Below, piece by piece: positions 42,219-52,480 of a DNA stretch of 64,000 nucleotides. The notes under the pieces were generated by a model. The model was not told the DNA's origin. It did no database searches and saw only the letters and a program-made list of their open reading frames with translations. Position numbers and translations under genes: made by a program. The first letter of the stretch is position 1. Every line of letters begins with the position of its first letter. Source of the stretch: an uncultured delta proteobacterium (GTDB lineage Bacteria > Desulfobacterota > Binatia > Binatales > Binataceae); assembly GCA_963842085.1 (NCBI GenBank), contig CAWJET010000002.1:1622507-1686506 (forward strand), in the 5' to 3' direction.

Positions 42219-43265
42219 ATGCAGGTTACTATTGTGGGAATTGATCTGGCAAAGAACGTCTTCCGCCTTCACGGCTGCGACGCGAACGGGAAGGCGGTGT
42301 TGCGCAAGCAGCTCTCGCGGGGGCAGCTGCTGAGCTTCGTTGCCAACCTGCCGCGGTGCCTGGTGGCGATGGCAGCTTGCGCGAGCGCGCACTACTGGGC
42401 GCGCGAGATCGAGAAGCTCGGCCACCAGGTGCGGCTGATCGCGCCAAGGTTCGTAAGGCCTTACGTCAAAGCCAACAAGAACGACGCCAGTGACGCCGAG
42501 GCGATCTGCGAGGCCGCCAGCCGGCCGTCGATGCGTTTCGTCGCCATCAAGAGCGCAGCGCAGCAGGACATTCAGGCGATCCACCGGGTGCGCCAACAGC
42601 TGGTGAAGGCCCGCACCGCGCTGGTCAATCAGGTGCGCGGACTGCTGGCCGAACACGGCATCGTGATCGCGCGGGGCTTTGCACAACTGCGCCGCGCTTT
42701 ACCTGTGATCCTCGAGGATCAGGAGAACGGACTGAGCGCAGTGATGCGTGAGCTGCTGGGAGAGAGCGGCGAACGTCTCCGGTTCATCGATGACCGGCTG
42801 CGCCAGTACGACTTAACCATCCAGCGGCTGTTCCGCCACGATGAACGCTGCCAGCGCGTGGCTGCGGTGGAAGGTGTGGGTCCGCTGACCGCAACTGCCA
42901 TGGTCGCGGCGGTCGGCAACGCCACCGACTTCAAGAGCGGGCGCGAACTGGCGGCCTATCTCGGATTGGTGCCCCGCCATCGGGCCAGCGGTGGGCGTAC
43001 GGTGCTGCTCGGGATCAGCAAGCGCGGCGATCGTTACTTGCGCACGCTGCTGATTCACGGTGCGCGCTCGGCCCTGCACAGGATCGAGCGGCAACGCAGC
43101 ACGCGCGCCATCTGGGCCGCCCGGCTCAAGCTTCGTCGTGGAGCCAATGTAGCGGCAGTGGCACTGGCGAACAAGAATGCCCGGGTGCTGTGGGCGCTGC
43201 TCAGCAGAGCTCAGAACTATCGACCAGCGCCGTTTTCCGCCCGCGTCCCCCAAACTGGTGGTTGA
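42219..43265 (+). CDS. IS1111-type recombinase (DEDD)
   Basis: GIDLAK, KNDASDAEAI, GVGP, SGG, GDRYLR; the usual MEAC reads MAAC, so the catalytic Glu may be lost. Confidence 0.93.
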   Translation: MQVTIVGIDLAKNVFRLHGCDANGKAVLRKQLSRGQLLSFVANLPRCLVAMAACASAHYWAREIEKLGHQVRLIAPRFVRPYVKANKNDASDAEAICEAASRPSMRFVAIKSAAQQDIQAIHRVRQQLVKARTALVNQVRGLLAEHGIVIARGFAQLRRALPVILEDQENGLSAVMRELLGESGERLRFIDDRLRQYDLTIQRLFRHDERCQRVAAVEGVGPLTATAMVAAVGNATDFKSGRELAAYLGLVPRHRASGGRTVLLGISKRGDRYLRTLLIHGARSALHRIERQRSTRAIWAARLKLRRGANVAAVALANKNARVLWALLSRAQNYRPAPFSARVPQTGG

Positions 43266-43527
43266 GGGGACACGGGCGAAAAACGGCTTTACCAACCTGA
43301 GATTGCGCAGGCTGTAGCGGAGAGCAAGATGGCGAACCGGTCGGAACCGGCACTTTCTCGAACCTGGCCACACACAAGGCCTTCGAGGCCGTGAGCCTGA
43401 TTAGGCGAAGGTGCGCGAACTTCCATCTGGGCCCAGGGGAAAAACGATTAACCCCCCTTCAAAGAGGCCGAATATATGACTGCAACCGGATCATCGCTCA
43501 TCGAACTCCAGAATCAGTCTTGCGCTC
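43266..43527 (+). ncRNA. Predicted bridge/seek RNA
   Basis: Contains GCCACACACA (target match) and ATATATGA (donor junction match); boundaries approximate. Confidence 0.7.
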
Positions 43528-43543
43528 GGGAGCGGTCCATATA

Positions 43544-43598
43544 TGTGTGTGGCGAATTGATGATTTTCCCCAGAATCAGCAATTCGCCACACACAGGT
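43544..43598. repeat. Palindrome (REP-like) targeted by the IS1111 element
   Basis: Reconstructed arm ACCTGTGTGTGGCGAATTG is the exact reverse complement of 43580-43598. Confidence 0.85.
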
Positions 43599-43778
43599 TT
43601 TGAGTAGCGACAACCATTCACAAAACCCGCCGGCGTGCAGGCGCCATGAAACGCAACTCGCGCATCAGGCGTCAGATCGTAAGGAGAACTATGTAATGAT
43701 GAAGTCGCGACTCTCGACAGTTCACTACGAATCTAGATACCATACCGGGTATCCCATAATGCGGCGAGGACTTGTAGC

Positions 43779-44057
43779 TTGAGCCATACGATCCGAGAGA
43801 AGACAAAACTCTTAAACCGGGTGCGGCGGATTCGGGGTCAGATCGAAGCCGTTGAGCGTGCACTCGAAGAGGAGAAAGGCTGCACGGGCGTGCTCCATCT
43901 CGTCGTAGCGGCGCGCGGCGCCCTGAATAGCTTGGTGGCAGAGGTCATCGAGGACCACATTAGAGTTCATGTCGTCGACCCAGCGCGGGAACGCAATTCC
44001 GCCAAGGCGAAAGGCGCAGAAGAACTGATCGATGTCGTCCAAGCGTACCTGAAATAG
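43779..44057 (+). CDS. CsoR/RcnR/FrmR family sensor-repressor
   Basis: MSHT...LLNRVRRIRGQ...C...DHIRVH. Confidence 0.9.
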   Translation: MSHTIREKTKLLNRVRRIRGQIEAVERALEEEKGCTGVLHLVVAARGALNSLVAEVIEDHIRVHVVDPARERNSAKAKGAEELIDVVQAYLK

Positions 44058-44324
44058 CCTGGAGACTTCGCGCAATGGAGCGTTACGAGAGAATTGATAG
44101 TGGGTCTTTGGGCAAGCGGGCGCAAGCTGGGACCACTGCACGGGCTGCCAAAGAGGAGAGCGGCGAGCACACCTTCAGCTGGCTTGAGGGGGTACGAATT
44201 GTCTTCGTTCAGAAACTCTTCACCCAGCGGGAGGATGGGATTTGGTTAGTATTGGCGCACGGATTCGAGATCTGCACGATTCGATTATGCTGGTCGCCTG
44301 GCAGAAAGCAGGGAGGCACCGAAT

Positions 44325-45197
44325 ATGTGGTCCCGCCTGAAACGGCCGGTACGAACTCATCTGGACAAGGCCCGCGCTGCGGCGATCAGCGCGGTCGAAG
44401 CTTACAATAGGCCGGGCTCAGCCTTTCGGACGCCTCACTACCTTGTCCTTATGACCATAGCCTGGACGGCTCTGTTTCATGCGATCTTTTACAAAAACGG
44501 ACAGAGACCTTGGCACCGCAAGAAGGCTGGCAAATCTTTCAGGTATGTTCGGATCGACGGCGAATTCAAGCACTGGGAACTCGAGGAGTGCTGCAATCAA
44601 TTTTGGCAAGATAAGAATCCACCCGAACGTGACAACATTCGGTTTGCGATTGGCCTCCGCAACCGGATTGAGCATCGTGATCTTCCCGCCCTGGACCCAT
44701 CTGTTTACGGTGAGTGCCAAGCTCTATTGCTGAACTTCGAAAATCTTCTCTCTGCAGAGTTCGGCAAGAAATATGCCCTCACTGAGACCCTAGCGCTCGC
44801 TCTTCAGTTCTCTCCGGGCAGCTCGGGTCAGAGTGCCAGAGCAATAAAAGCGCTTGCTGCAGCGGAAGCCAAATCTCTGATCCAGTACATCGAAAGGTTC
44901 AGATCTGGATTGCCGCCTACCACGCTCGCCGGACCGTACGGCAATCGCGCAGGCGATATTCTATTGCTGCCTAAAGCCTGTATGAATGTGCCGATCGAGA
45001 ATCGATATTACTTTGCCGGGATGACGCACTACTCGTGGCACGGGAGCGCGTGCGAGCAGGATGGCCATATTCCGTTCATCGTGGCGCAAGTGAATGGATC
45101 GGGCGAGAGAATGCGATCGATCATGAGTAAGTTCGGCGGTGCGTCCCCGTCGGAGAGAGAGTTGACGCCGCTGGTGCTATCGATCTTCGGGAAGTGA
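44325..45197 (+). pseudogene. Chimera: DUF3644-like N-terminus fused to an alkaline-phosphatase-family-like C-terminus
   Basis: SAVEAYN...IAWTALFHA...LRNRIEHR...QALLLNFE, then an abrupt switch near 44930 to RAGDILLL...WHGS. Confidence 0.55.
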
Positions 45198-45317
45198 TTG
45201 CCGCTGGGCGGCCCAGCGCTGTGTAACTGCGGCTAGAGAGGCGATCGACTAGATTCTGTTTCCACGAGACAGGTGATCGGAGCGCTCCTAGCCACCCTGA
45301 AGCGGCGCGTTCTCAGC

Positions 45318-45518
45318 TTATGAGAACAAATCGCCGACCAGGTGGAACGGATACATAATCACCGAGCCGACGCCGTCGAGCACTGAGCCCACCGTGTCGG
45401 AGGTGGAATTTGTTACCTCATTCGTGGTGTGCTCGGCCTGCTGCGACGCGCAACCCGGAATTACAAAAAGCGCTCCCGCGACAAGTAGAATCGGGAAAAT
45501 TCGTTTCATCTTCGACAT
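45318..45518 (-). CDS. Small lipoprotein
   Basis: KRIFPILLVAGALFVIPGC lipobox; C-terminal YPFHLVGDLFS. Confidence 0.6.
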   Translation of the reverse strand: MSKMKRIFPILLVAGALFVIPGCASQQAEHTTNEVTNSTSDTVGSVLDGVGSVIMYPFHLVGDLFS

Positions 45519-45602
45519 AGATAGAATCTCCGGCAGAGACTGGAGATCTAACGAAGCAAGGCCCGTGCCCATCGGCGTGCTTTACGGCGGGGGTCGAACG
45601 GC

Positions 45603-45818
45603 CTACACAACTTCAGGTGATCTTTTGGGCGGCATCACACTTGAGAACGCCGAGTGATTTCGCGTGACCGCGACGACATCTTGGTAGCGCGCGGCGAGGT
45701 ATGCGTTGAAGCCGATATTCCAGCGTCGCGGCGGACCCTTGAGCAGAGGGATGAAATGCGGATATGGGTTCGAGAGAAAATCGGGATCGAACGGATTGTA
45801 GGCGGCTTCTTCGGTCAT
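45603..45818 (-). pseudogene. Cytochrome P450 N-terminal fragment
   Basis: YNPFDPDFLSNPYP...ARYQDVVAV...AFSS then stop. Confidence 0.6.
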
Positions 45819-46559
45819 GGCCCAATTCAACTGCTATACGGCGTAATCCGGAATTTCCATTTTCAGTCTCCGATTCCAACTCTCCTATAGGCCGGACGAC
45901 CTCTCTCTGCAAGTTTTCAGGCGGTTTTGGTCCATAGTGTTTCCAGCGGTGCCGGGAGAGGCACCATTGGAGGCGAGATTAGCGTTACCCCAACTACGAA
46001 GGTTATCACTGGCGATAGCGTGGCAGTCTCTACCTTTATTCCGGCAGGGACGCCAGCGGCCTCTGCATTTGACCTGACCGTAACCTGTCCCTAGCCCATG
46101 ACGTCGTGAGCCGCCCACAAGCGGCTCGACACGAAACCGACGGTCGGCAGCGGGCTGGCGTTCTCGTAGCGCGCCAGCCCGTTTTCTTTTGGCGAAGCTC
46201 ACAACCTAATGGTCTATCGATTGCTTAAACTGTCGCGATGTGGACGAAGAGCCAGACTGTGCGAAACTCTTAGCTCAAGTGGAAGAGAGTTTGCGCGCGA
46301 TAAAGCTGCACATCACCACATATCGACTGCGACTTCTGCGGCTATCCCTGCGAAGACAGGTCGGAATTGCTGACATGCCCGCGAAGAAAAATCAGCCCGG
46401 CTGCGTAGCGGATCTTCAGGCCGGCGATTCTAAATCCACGCGCGTTATCTAATGCGATTTTCGATCAATTTGCTGCGGACTTCGGCGTCGTACGGTAACG
46501 GCGCGCCGGGGCACCTCTCTTCGAGCCAGGAGGTCTCTCCGACATTCGGGCGCCAGAGG

Positions 46560-46804
46560 CTCACCCCCCATCGATCTGCGGGTGCGTGCACTTCCTGGAG
46601 GGGGCGCTGTCGCACAGCCGGAGCGGTAAGTGTTTCAGCGAAGGGAGACGCGGAGACGGGAGGGTGTGGTCACGGAATTCCGCGCGGCTCGGGCCTCATT
46701 CCCCCATCGATATGCGGGATCCGTGCACTTCCCGGAGGGAGCACTGTCGTACAGCAGCGCGGTAAGTAATTCAGGGAAGGGAGGCGCGGAGATGGGAGGG
46801 TGTG
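46560..46804. repeat. Imperfect ~110-bp direct repeat, two copies (46560-46668, 46695-46804)
   Basis: Shared cccccatcgat..gcggg..gtgcacttcc.ggaggg.gc.ctgtcg.acagc...gcggtaagt..ttcag.gaagggag.cgcggaga.gggagggtgtg. Confidence 0.85.
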
Positions 46805-46996
46805 TGCTACACGACGATCAGGAAGCAGGCTGCGTCGAACAACCGAGGCACATTAGGCTCTCGCAGAACGGAGCCGGGAACCTCGGGCGCAGAACCTGCT
46901 TTTTCGACGTCAAATACCGGCCCACAGCAGCGAGCGCAGCGGTGTGGCGGCGCTGTTTTAGCAAACACGGTGATGAAAAGCCGCGCTCGGCGTTCG

Positions 46997-47236
46997 TCAG
47001 ACGTCGCGAATCATGTGCGAGATCCAGACCAAGATGACGGCACCGATGGTCGCGATGACGATGCCACCGATCAAACCGTTGGGTCCGGGAATGCCGAGCG
47101 CGCCGAATAGCGAGCCGCCGACGAGGCCTCCTATCAGGCCGAGTATGAGATCGCCGATTAATCCGAAACCTTCGCCATGCACGAGCTTGCCGGCCAGCCA
47201 GCCCGCGATAATTCCGACTACGATCCAGTAAAGCAT
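46997..47236 (-). CDS. GlsB/YeaQ/YmgE family stress membrane protein
   Basis: WIVVGIIAGWLAG...GLIGGLVGG...ATIGAVIL. Confidence 0.92.
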   Translation of the reverse strand: MLYWIVVGIIAGWLAGKLVHGEGFGLIGDLILGLIGGLVGGSLFGALGIPGPNGLIGGIVIATIGAVILVWISHMIRDV

Positions 47237-47265
47237 CGTGGGGTCCTCATTGCATTTTTCTCGAA

Positions 47266-47970
47266 GTGATCTGCACTCGCATTGGTAGCGACCTCTGGAT
47301 GGCACATCCTGCGCGCGGTCAGCAAGCAACCAGCACGGATTTGTCCACAATCTCCAAGCCTCGCTTTCGCTGGCGCTCCCGAGCGAAAGCAGTTTGGCTG
47401 GTGAAGGGTGAAGCCGGTTGCAGCCATATATTCGGCCTGTTTACAGCGGCAACTCCGGAGGCGGAAGAAATCAACAAGGAACACGAGGGCACGAAAACTG
47501 GCAGGCGAGTGGCGACTACGTCGAAGCAGCCGGCCAACGTGTCCAATCAGGTCAAGGGCTCCGGCGTGAACGTCAACGTCAGTCTGGAGAACAATCCGGG
47601 CGCAACGCCAGCCGGCGCTCGCGCAACTCCGGCAGCGGCGGCGTCAGCCGCGAGCATCGCGCCTGAAGCGGGAACGCCCACGCTCAGTCGGCCGGCGTCG
47701 GAATCATCCGGGGTGCCGGGCGATGCCAATCCAGCCGAGGCGGCGAAGCTGATCGAGGACATCGACAAAATCGAAAAACGAGTCGACCGTAATAATTTGA
47801 GCAGCGACTATTCGCAACGCGATATTCTCGCCCAGCGGCTGTTGCAGGAAGCCAAAGAGGCTCTCACCGAGCGCGACAGCGTCGCCGCGATGAGTCTCGC
47901 CACCAAAGCCTCAACGCTGCTCGAACCGCTCCCCAAACTCGCCGACTCCGCCATTCCGTCCACACCTTAA
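47266..47970 (+). CDS. Hypothetical protein, Ala/Pro-rich linker plus helical C-terminus; start uncertain
   Basis: Plausible composition in the 3' half only. Confidence 0.45.
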   Translation: MICTRIGSDLWMAHPARGQQATSTDLSTISKPRFRWRSRAKAVWLVKGEAGCSHIFGLFTAATPEAEEINKEHEGTKTGRRVATTSKQPANVSNQVKGSGVNVNVSLENNPGATPAGARATPAAAASAASIAPEAGTPTLSRPASESSGVPGDANPAEAAKLIEDIDKIEKRVDRNNLSSDYSQRDILAQRLLQEAKEALTERDSVAAMSLATKASTLLEPLPKLADSAIPSTP

Positions 47971-48122
47971 CGCGCCTGCTGACGACGGCCGCTCCCGTCT
48001 CAACCTCGCTTTTGTTCTCCAATTTTCCGGTGATCAAGGAACTTACACGAGTATTCGGTATCGTGAAGAAATTTCCCCCGGCGATTCATGGAAAAGCCTT
48101 GCAGGACAAAGATTCTGGGACG

Positions 48123-48138
48123 TGGCCCTATACTTGCT
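48123..48138 (+). promoter_or_regulatory. Putative sigma-54 promoter of csbD-BON genes
   Basis: TGGCCCTATACTTGCT. Confidence 0.55.
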
Positions 48139-48201
48139 CCGCTTGATTGGAGTCACGGCATCGGTTCGTGAGACCAGATCAACCAAAGAGGAGCAATCCG
48201 C

Positions 48202-48393
48202 ATGAATCGCGATCAGATGAAGGGCAAGCTCAAACAGTTGGCCGGCAAAATCAAGCGAAAATGGGGACAGATCACCGACGACGATCTGATGCAGGCTCAC
48301 GGCAACATGGAAATGCTTGTCGGAAGGATTCAGGAACGTTCGGGCGATCAACGCGAGGCGATCAAGGGGTGGCTTAGGTCAGAGGGCATCTAA
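48202..48393 (+). CDS. CsbD family protein
   Basis: MNRDQMKGKLKQLAGKIKRKWGQITDDDL...GRIQER. Confidence 0.92.
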   Translation: MNRDQMKGKLKQLAGKIKRKWGQITDDDLMQAHGNMEMLVGRIQERSGDQREAIKGWLRSEGI

Positions 48394-48456
48394 ATTTCTC
48401 GGCCGAGCGGCGCGGCAAACTGCTGACGCACTCGCATCCCGCGCACAGAGAGGATT

Positions 48457-48879
48457 ATGAAAACCAAATACTCATTCAAACTAATCGTACCGGCAATTCT
48501 ATTCAGCATGGTCTTGTCGGTTCCCTGTTTCGCTCAGGACAACAATGCGCCAGCCAGCCAGCAGATGCATCAGGCTGGTGAGGAGGTCGAGCAGGCCGGT
48601 TCCGATACGGCAGCGGCCGCGAAGGACGCGTATCACGGAACCGAGCGTGCGGTTAAAGACACGACGATCACCGCCGAGGTCAAGACCGCGTTGGCGCGTG
48701 ACAAGAGTGTTGGTTCCTCCGCAATACACGTCACCACCACGGCCGGGGTCGTCACTCTGAAGGGCAATGTGCCTTCGCCCCAGATGGCGCAACATGCCGC
48801 GCAGCTGGCGGAACAAACCAACGGCGTCAAGAGCGTGAACAACCGCCTTTTGGTGGCTAGCTCAGTGAGCACCGACTAA
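48457..48879 (+). CDS. BON domain protein (OsmY-like)
   Basis: DTTITAEVKTAL...GVVTLKG...GVKSVNNRL. Confidence 0.9.
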   Translation: MKTKYSFKLIVPAILFSMVLSVPCFAQDNNAPASQQMHQAGEEVEQAGSDTAAAAKDAYHGTERAVKDTTITAEVKTALARDKSVGSSAIHVTTTAGVVTLKGNVPSPQMAQHAAQLAEQTNGVKSVNNRLLVASSVSTD

Positions 48880-48993
48880 CTGAAACACGGGCTTGCATAT
48901 CAGAGTCGTCGCCATTTCTCGTGACGAGGCCGCGAGTCTGGCGGGGGCCCCTTGCTTGCCCGCGTTGCAAAGTAGAGGATGCGGTCCGGTTGA

Positions 48994-49623
48994 ATGGTTG
49001 ATCGCTCGGCAATGGCGGTATCGGTTTCTGGCAAGACGAAATCGCGGAAACCCCATCCCATTGTTCAGGTAGCTCAAAACGCCGCCAGCGAGCTCAACGA
49101 CTTGCTCAACGCGATCGGCCTGCGCGTCTCACTCTTGCACCATCAGCTCGCGGCGTCGGCATACGAGGCCGAAATGGTTCGTTTGGCCGGACTCGTCGAG
49201 AAGGCGTCTCAGCGCGTTCAGCGTTTGGAGGAATATGCGTGCGCGGAGGAACTGGTCGCGTCGATGCGGCCAGGTCACACCAAAAAGAGGTCTAATGCTC
49301 CGGGGACAGATAATCCCACGATGGTTTCCGAGCCAGGGCCGCGGACCGCACTATTGATTGCCGACTCGTCCGTCGAAAACAGCGCGATCAAGGAATGTCT
49401 CGAGCATAGCGGATGCGCGGTAGTCGTGGCCAAATCCTCCCCCGACGGATTGAAGCTCCTTGAATCCAACGACAATTTCGATCACGTCGTATGTGATGCA
49501 GTAATTCTCGCTGAGGCGGGCTGGAGCTTCACCGCGAAGTTGTCGCGCGCTGCTCGCGCCTCGCGCGTTTATGTACTGCAACGGCAGCGCTTGCCTGAGC
49601 GCCCGCCAGAACATCGCGAATAA
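48994..49623 (+). CDS. Degenerate HisKA-like plus receiver-like protein
   Basis: ELNDLLNAI; ALLIAD...FDHVVCD. Confidence 0.5.
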   Translation: MVDRSAMAVSVSGKTKSRKPHPIVQVAQNAASELNDLLNAIGLRVSLLHHQLAASAYEAEMVRLAGLVEKASQRVQRLEEYACAEELVASMRPGHTKKRSNAPGTDNPTMVSEPGPRTALLIADSSVENSAIKECLEHSGCAVVVAKSSPDGLKLLESNDNFDHVVCDAVILAEAGWSFTAKLSRAARASRVYVLQRQRLPERPPEHRE

Positions 49624-49773
49624 GAAGCGGACATTACCTCGTTCGTACTTTCGATCTGGGCGAATGAGGAAGATGCTATTCACGCGTCTGCGCATCGGCG
49701 ATGCAACTGGCTATTTGTAAAACCTCCTTTTCCAATAGCCAGTTTGCGATCCACCGACGCTAGAATTATGTGT

Positions 49774-49909
49774 TTAACGGCGATACCAGCCGTGATGATG
49801 ATGCCAATAGCCGCCGGGGTCACCAGGCCCGAAAAAGCATCCCGTAGCTGCAGTCATCGCGAACAATATCACGGCGGCCTGAATTAATGGCCATTATTTT
49901 CCTTTTCAT
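49774..49909 (-). pseudogene. Small His-rich lipoprotein, +1 frameshift
   Basis: MKRKIMA / LIQAAVILFAMTAATGCFFGPGDPGGYWHHHHGWYRR*; sigma-54-like motif near 49937-49952. Confidence 0.45.
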
Positions 49910-50219
49910 GAGTATTCACCTCTAACCCCCTTACGTGGCATAGCCGATGCCAGCCGAATTGTGGCGTGAATCGGAAGATTAGTGCCGTAACGAAGCGTTG
50001 GCGCATAACCGGATTGGGGTGTCATTTTTTCGGAGTACCGACCTCAAGGCCCGGCTCGAATAACCTGGTGGGTTCGCAGCCGGGGGCGCTCCGTTCATTT
50101 AGTTCAGTAGTGCTCGCCCACTATTGAAGACGACACCAAAGCCGCGCTTTATGGCATGTAGATTGCGAACCTCAGTTAGTATTGCAGTTAGTATTGGGAT
50201 TTCATTTCCGAGGTTCATC

Positions 50220-50303
50220 ATGCCGAGCACACCGAATCCGAGTTCTCCCTGTCCCCTGGGTTTTGGCCAGCTCTATCGAGACTGCAGCGAGGAAAACAAG
50301 TAA
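50220..50303 (+). CDS. Putative 27-aa peptide, SEC-C-like
   Basis: GAGG RBS; TGGCATGTAGATTGCG at 50152; downstream hairpin. Confidence 0.35.
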   Translation: MPSTPNPSSPCPLGFGQLYRDCSEENK

Positions 50304-50863
50304 AGCCTTCCTCCCTGTCTGGCAGGGTCGGTAGTCGCCACGCCTCCCCCCGTCTTCACGACTCCGATCCTGCCGGACCATCCTTTACGGTCAAGACGAC
50401 AAGGTGCGAAGTCAGAATCGGATAAAGTCGTTACATGATGGACTGGTTTCTATCGCCGGAGTGGGTTCTCTTCGCCATGATCGTTCTTGCGGTCGCGTAC
50501 TAGGCGGTGCACTTCGGGCTACCCAGTTTTTAGAACAATCGCGCCCCAGTCGATTTTCGCCTGTTGCTCGCGGCTTTTCGGCCCGTCACCTCTAATGTTT
50601 CTCCGCTGCGAGTTTTGGCGAGACGACAAAAGCTTCGGTGCGCACAGTTTCAATCGCTCGCTGGTGAAACGAGCGCGCATCCCTATCAAGGGTCAAGGCA
50701 TAGCTATTCGCGCGTTGAAACCCTGCGGGCCCCCCGAACTCGGTAAGAAATGCAGACTGTCGGGTGGACTTTTCTCGCAATTAATAGAGATCTAGTCGTG
50801 ACTAAGCCGCTTGGGTGGATTGGCGCGCTTCCTGCTTCTCCACGTATATCGAGGAATTCCTGT

Positions 50864-51157
50864 ATGAAACGCAGCATAAAGATGACCTTATCGGCTATGG
50901 CTTTCGCCGGCTTGCTCATCGCCGGTTCGGCGTTTTGCCTGAATCATTCCGCATCCAGTCAATCTCCAGTTGCCGCGCCTAGCTCCCAGATGGTCAGGCG
51001 AAGCGTTATCAAAGTGCATACCTATCACGGAGTCATAACCATACCCGGGACCGCGGATTCATGGACCGAAGCGGAACACGCAGTCTTTCTCGCCGATAGC
51101 ATCGCTGACTTCCAATTTGCTAACAACGAAATACCCTGGAGGATTTCGATTGAGTAA
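50864..51157 (+). CDS. Hypothetical exported protein (degenerate BON-like)
   Basis: Signal peptide; IKVHTYHGVITIPG; TGGCGCGCTTCCTGCT at 50821. Confidence 0.5.
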   Translation: MKRSIKMTLSAMAFAGLLIAGSAFCLNHSASSQSPVAAPSSQMVRRSVIKVHTYHGVITIPGTADSWTEAEHAVFLADSIADFQFANNEIPWRISIE

Positions 51158-51192
51158 CTACTAAAAGGAGACATGAAAGGACGCCACGTATA

Positions 51193-51429
51193 ATGGAACT
51201 CTCAACGACAACTGCAATCGTCCGGCGGGACCAGCTACACCATCGCTGGGCGATTATGACACGCGCAGGCTGGATAGATACACCATGGAGCGACGACGCT
51301 GACATGGTATCGGTAGCAATGTGGCTCAAGGGAAGATCCGAAACTGGCCGAGTGGAAGTGAAACTAGCTGGATCTTCCGATGAGTATAAACCGGTTTCTG
51401 AACGCCCAAACCAAGGAGGTTTCGCGTAA
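51193..51429 (+). CDS. Hypothetical protein
   Basis: RBS present; coupled to the next gene. Confidence 0.4.
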   Translation: MELSTTTAIVRRDQLHHRWAIMTRAGWIDTPWSDDADMVSVAMWLKGRSETGRVEVKLAGSSDEYKPVSERPNQGGFA

Positions 51430-51830
51430 TGAAGAATGCAACAATGATGGCAATTTCGCTGCTGACTCTGGCGGTAATGCCTTTTGTCAGTGGGTGCGGT
51501 TCGTCGACTCAACCCGTCAAAGAGATCTCTTCGACGACAACAACCTACGTACCGACTTCGTCGCCGCCGGTTATCGTACATTCGTCGCCGCCGGTTATCA
51601 TACAGCAGCCGGCTCCAATGGTAGCGTTGCCGCCGACGACGGTCACGACCACTGAGGAAAAGAGCAACTCCAACTCAACCGACACGGGAAACGACACAAC
51701 CGAGGAAAGCTCGAGTGCGTATCACAGCCAGTCTTCGACTGTGACTCCGATGACGATGGTTCCCGTGCCGCCTGCACAGGAACAGACTACCACGACCTAT
51801 GAGAAGAAGACTTACCAGGACAGCAACTAA
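51429..51830 (+). CDS. Thr/Pro-rich lipoprotein
   Basis: AAGGAGG RBS; lipobox VSGC. Confidence 0.7.
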   Translation: MKNATMMAISLLTLAVMPFVSGCGSSTQPVKEISSTTTTYVPTSSPPVIVHSSPPVIIQQPAPMVALPPTTVTTTEEKSNSNSTDTGNDTTEESSSAYHSQSSTVTPMTMVPVPPAQEQTTTTYEKKTYQDSN

Positions 51831-51894
51831 CTGCTATTTGAGCATGGGCACGGAGAGATCTTTACTGTCTCTCCGTGCCTCAGGCGATAAGTCG

Positions 51895-52326
51895 ATGAAC
51901 GTCATCAGAATCAGATTGGTCAGTGCGATCTTCGTTTGTGGTGTTGCTAGCGTTTCGCTGTTTGTCGCGAACGCACACGCGCAACAGGAGATTTCCGCTC
52001 CTCCGCGCGGCGTGCCGACCAACGGTCACGCGGCAACAACCGATCGTTCGCTCACGGTTGAGCATGACGAGGTGCAAACGTCAGCCGAGCACATCTACAA
52101 TTCTCCGGCCGAGCGCGCGAACGACGTCTTGCTGATTACCGAGGTAAAGAATTCGCTGGCAAAGAACGGTATTTCAGATGGATACCCGGTCGTGGTTGAT
52201 TGCGACCACGGCACTGTCGAGTTGAGTGGAGTGGTGGCGTCAGCAGATGCCGCCAGACGGGCTGCATTGATCGCATACAACACTCAAGGTGTGATCGGTG
52301 TCAAGAATAAGCTGACCTGGCGATAG
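51895..52326 (+). CDS. BON domain protein
   Basis: DVLLITEVKNSL...GTVELSG...GVIGVKNKL. Confidence 0.8.
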   Translation: MNVIRIRLVSAIFVCGVASVSLFVANAHAQQEISAPPRGVPTNGHAATTDRSLTVEHDEVQTSAEHIYNSPAERANDVLLITEVKNSLAKNGISDGYPVVVDCDHGTVELSGVVASADAARRAALIAYNTQGVIGVKNKLTWR

Positions 52327-52480
52327 CAGCTCCGGGATATTGCGCTGAGGAGGCAAAGTGACCATGTTTACTCGTCAACCCGGATCGAGCAAGTTTTTGC
52401 CTCAAGTTAGTTTTCGACGGATGCCGCGGTCTAACTCTGGTCGACGACTGGGCCGGGCACCGGCTTCTCAACCCAGCTCA

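Larger units (their letters stand above)
42126..43543 (+). mobile_element. IS110 family, IS1111 group, intact element
   Basis: Perfect 13-bp subterminal IR ATGGACCGCTCCC (42133) / GGGAGCGGTCCAT (43528-43540); TG core at both ends. Confidence 0.93.
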
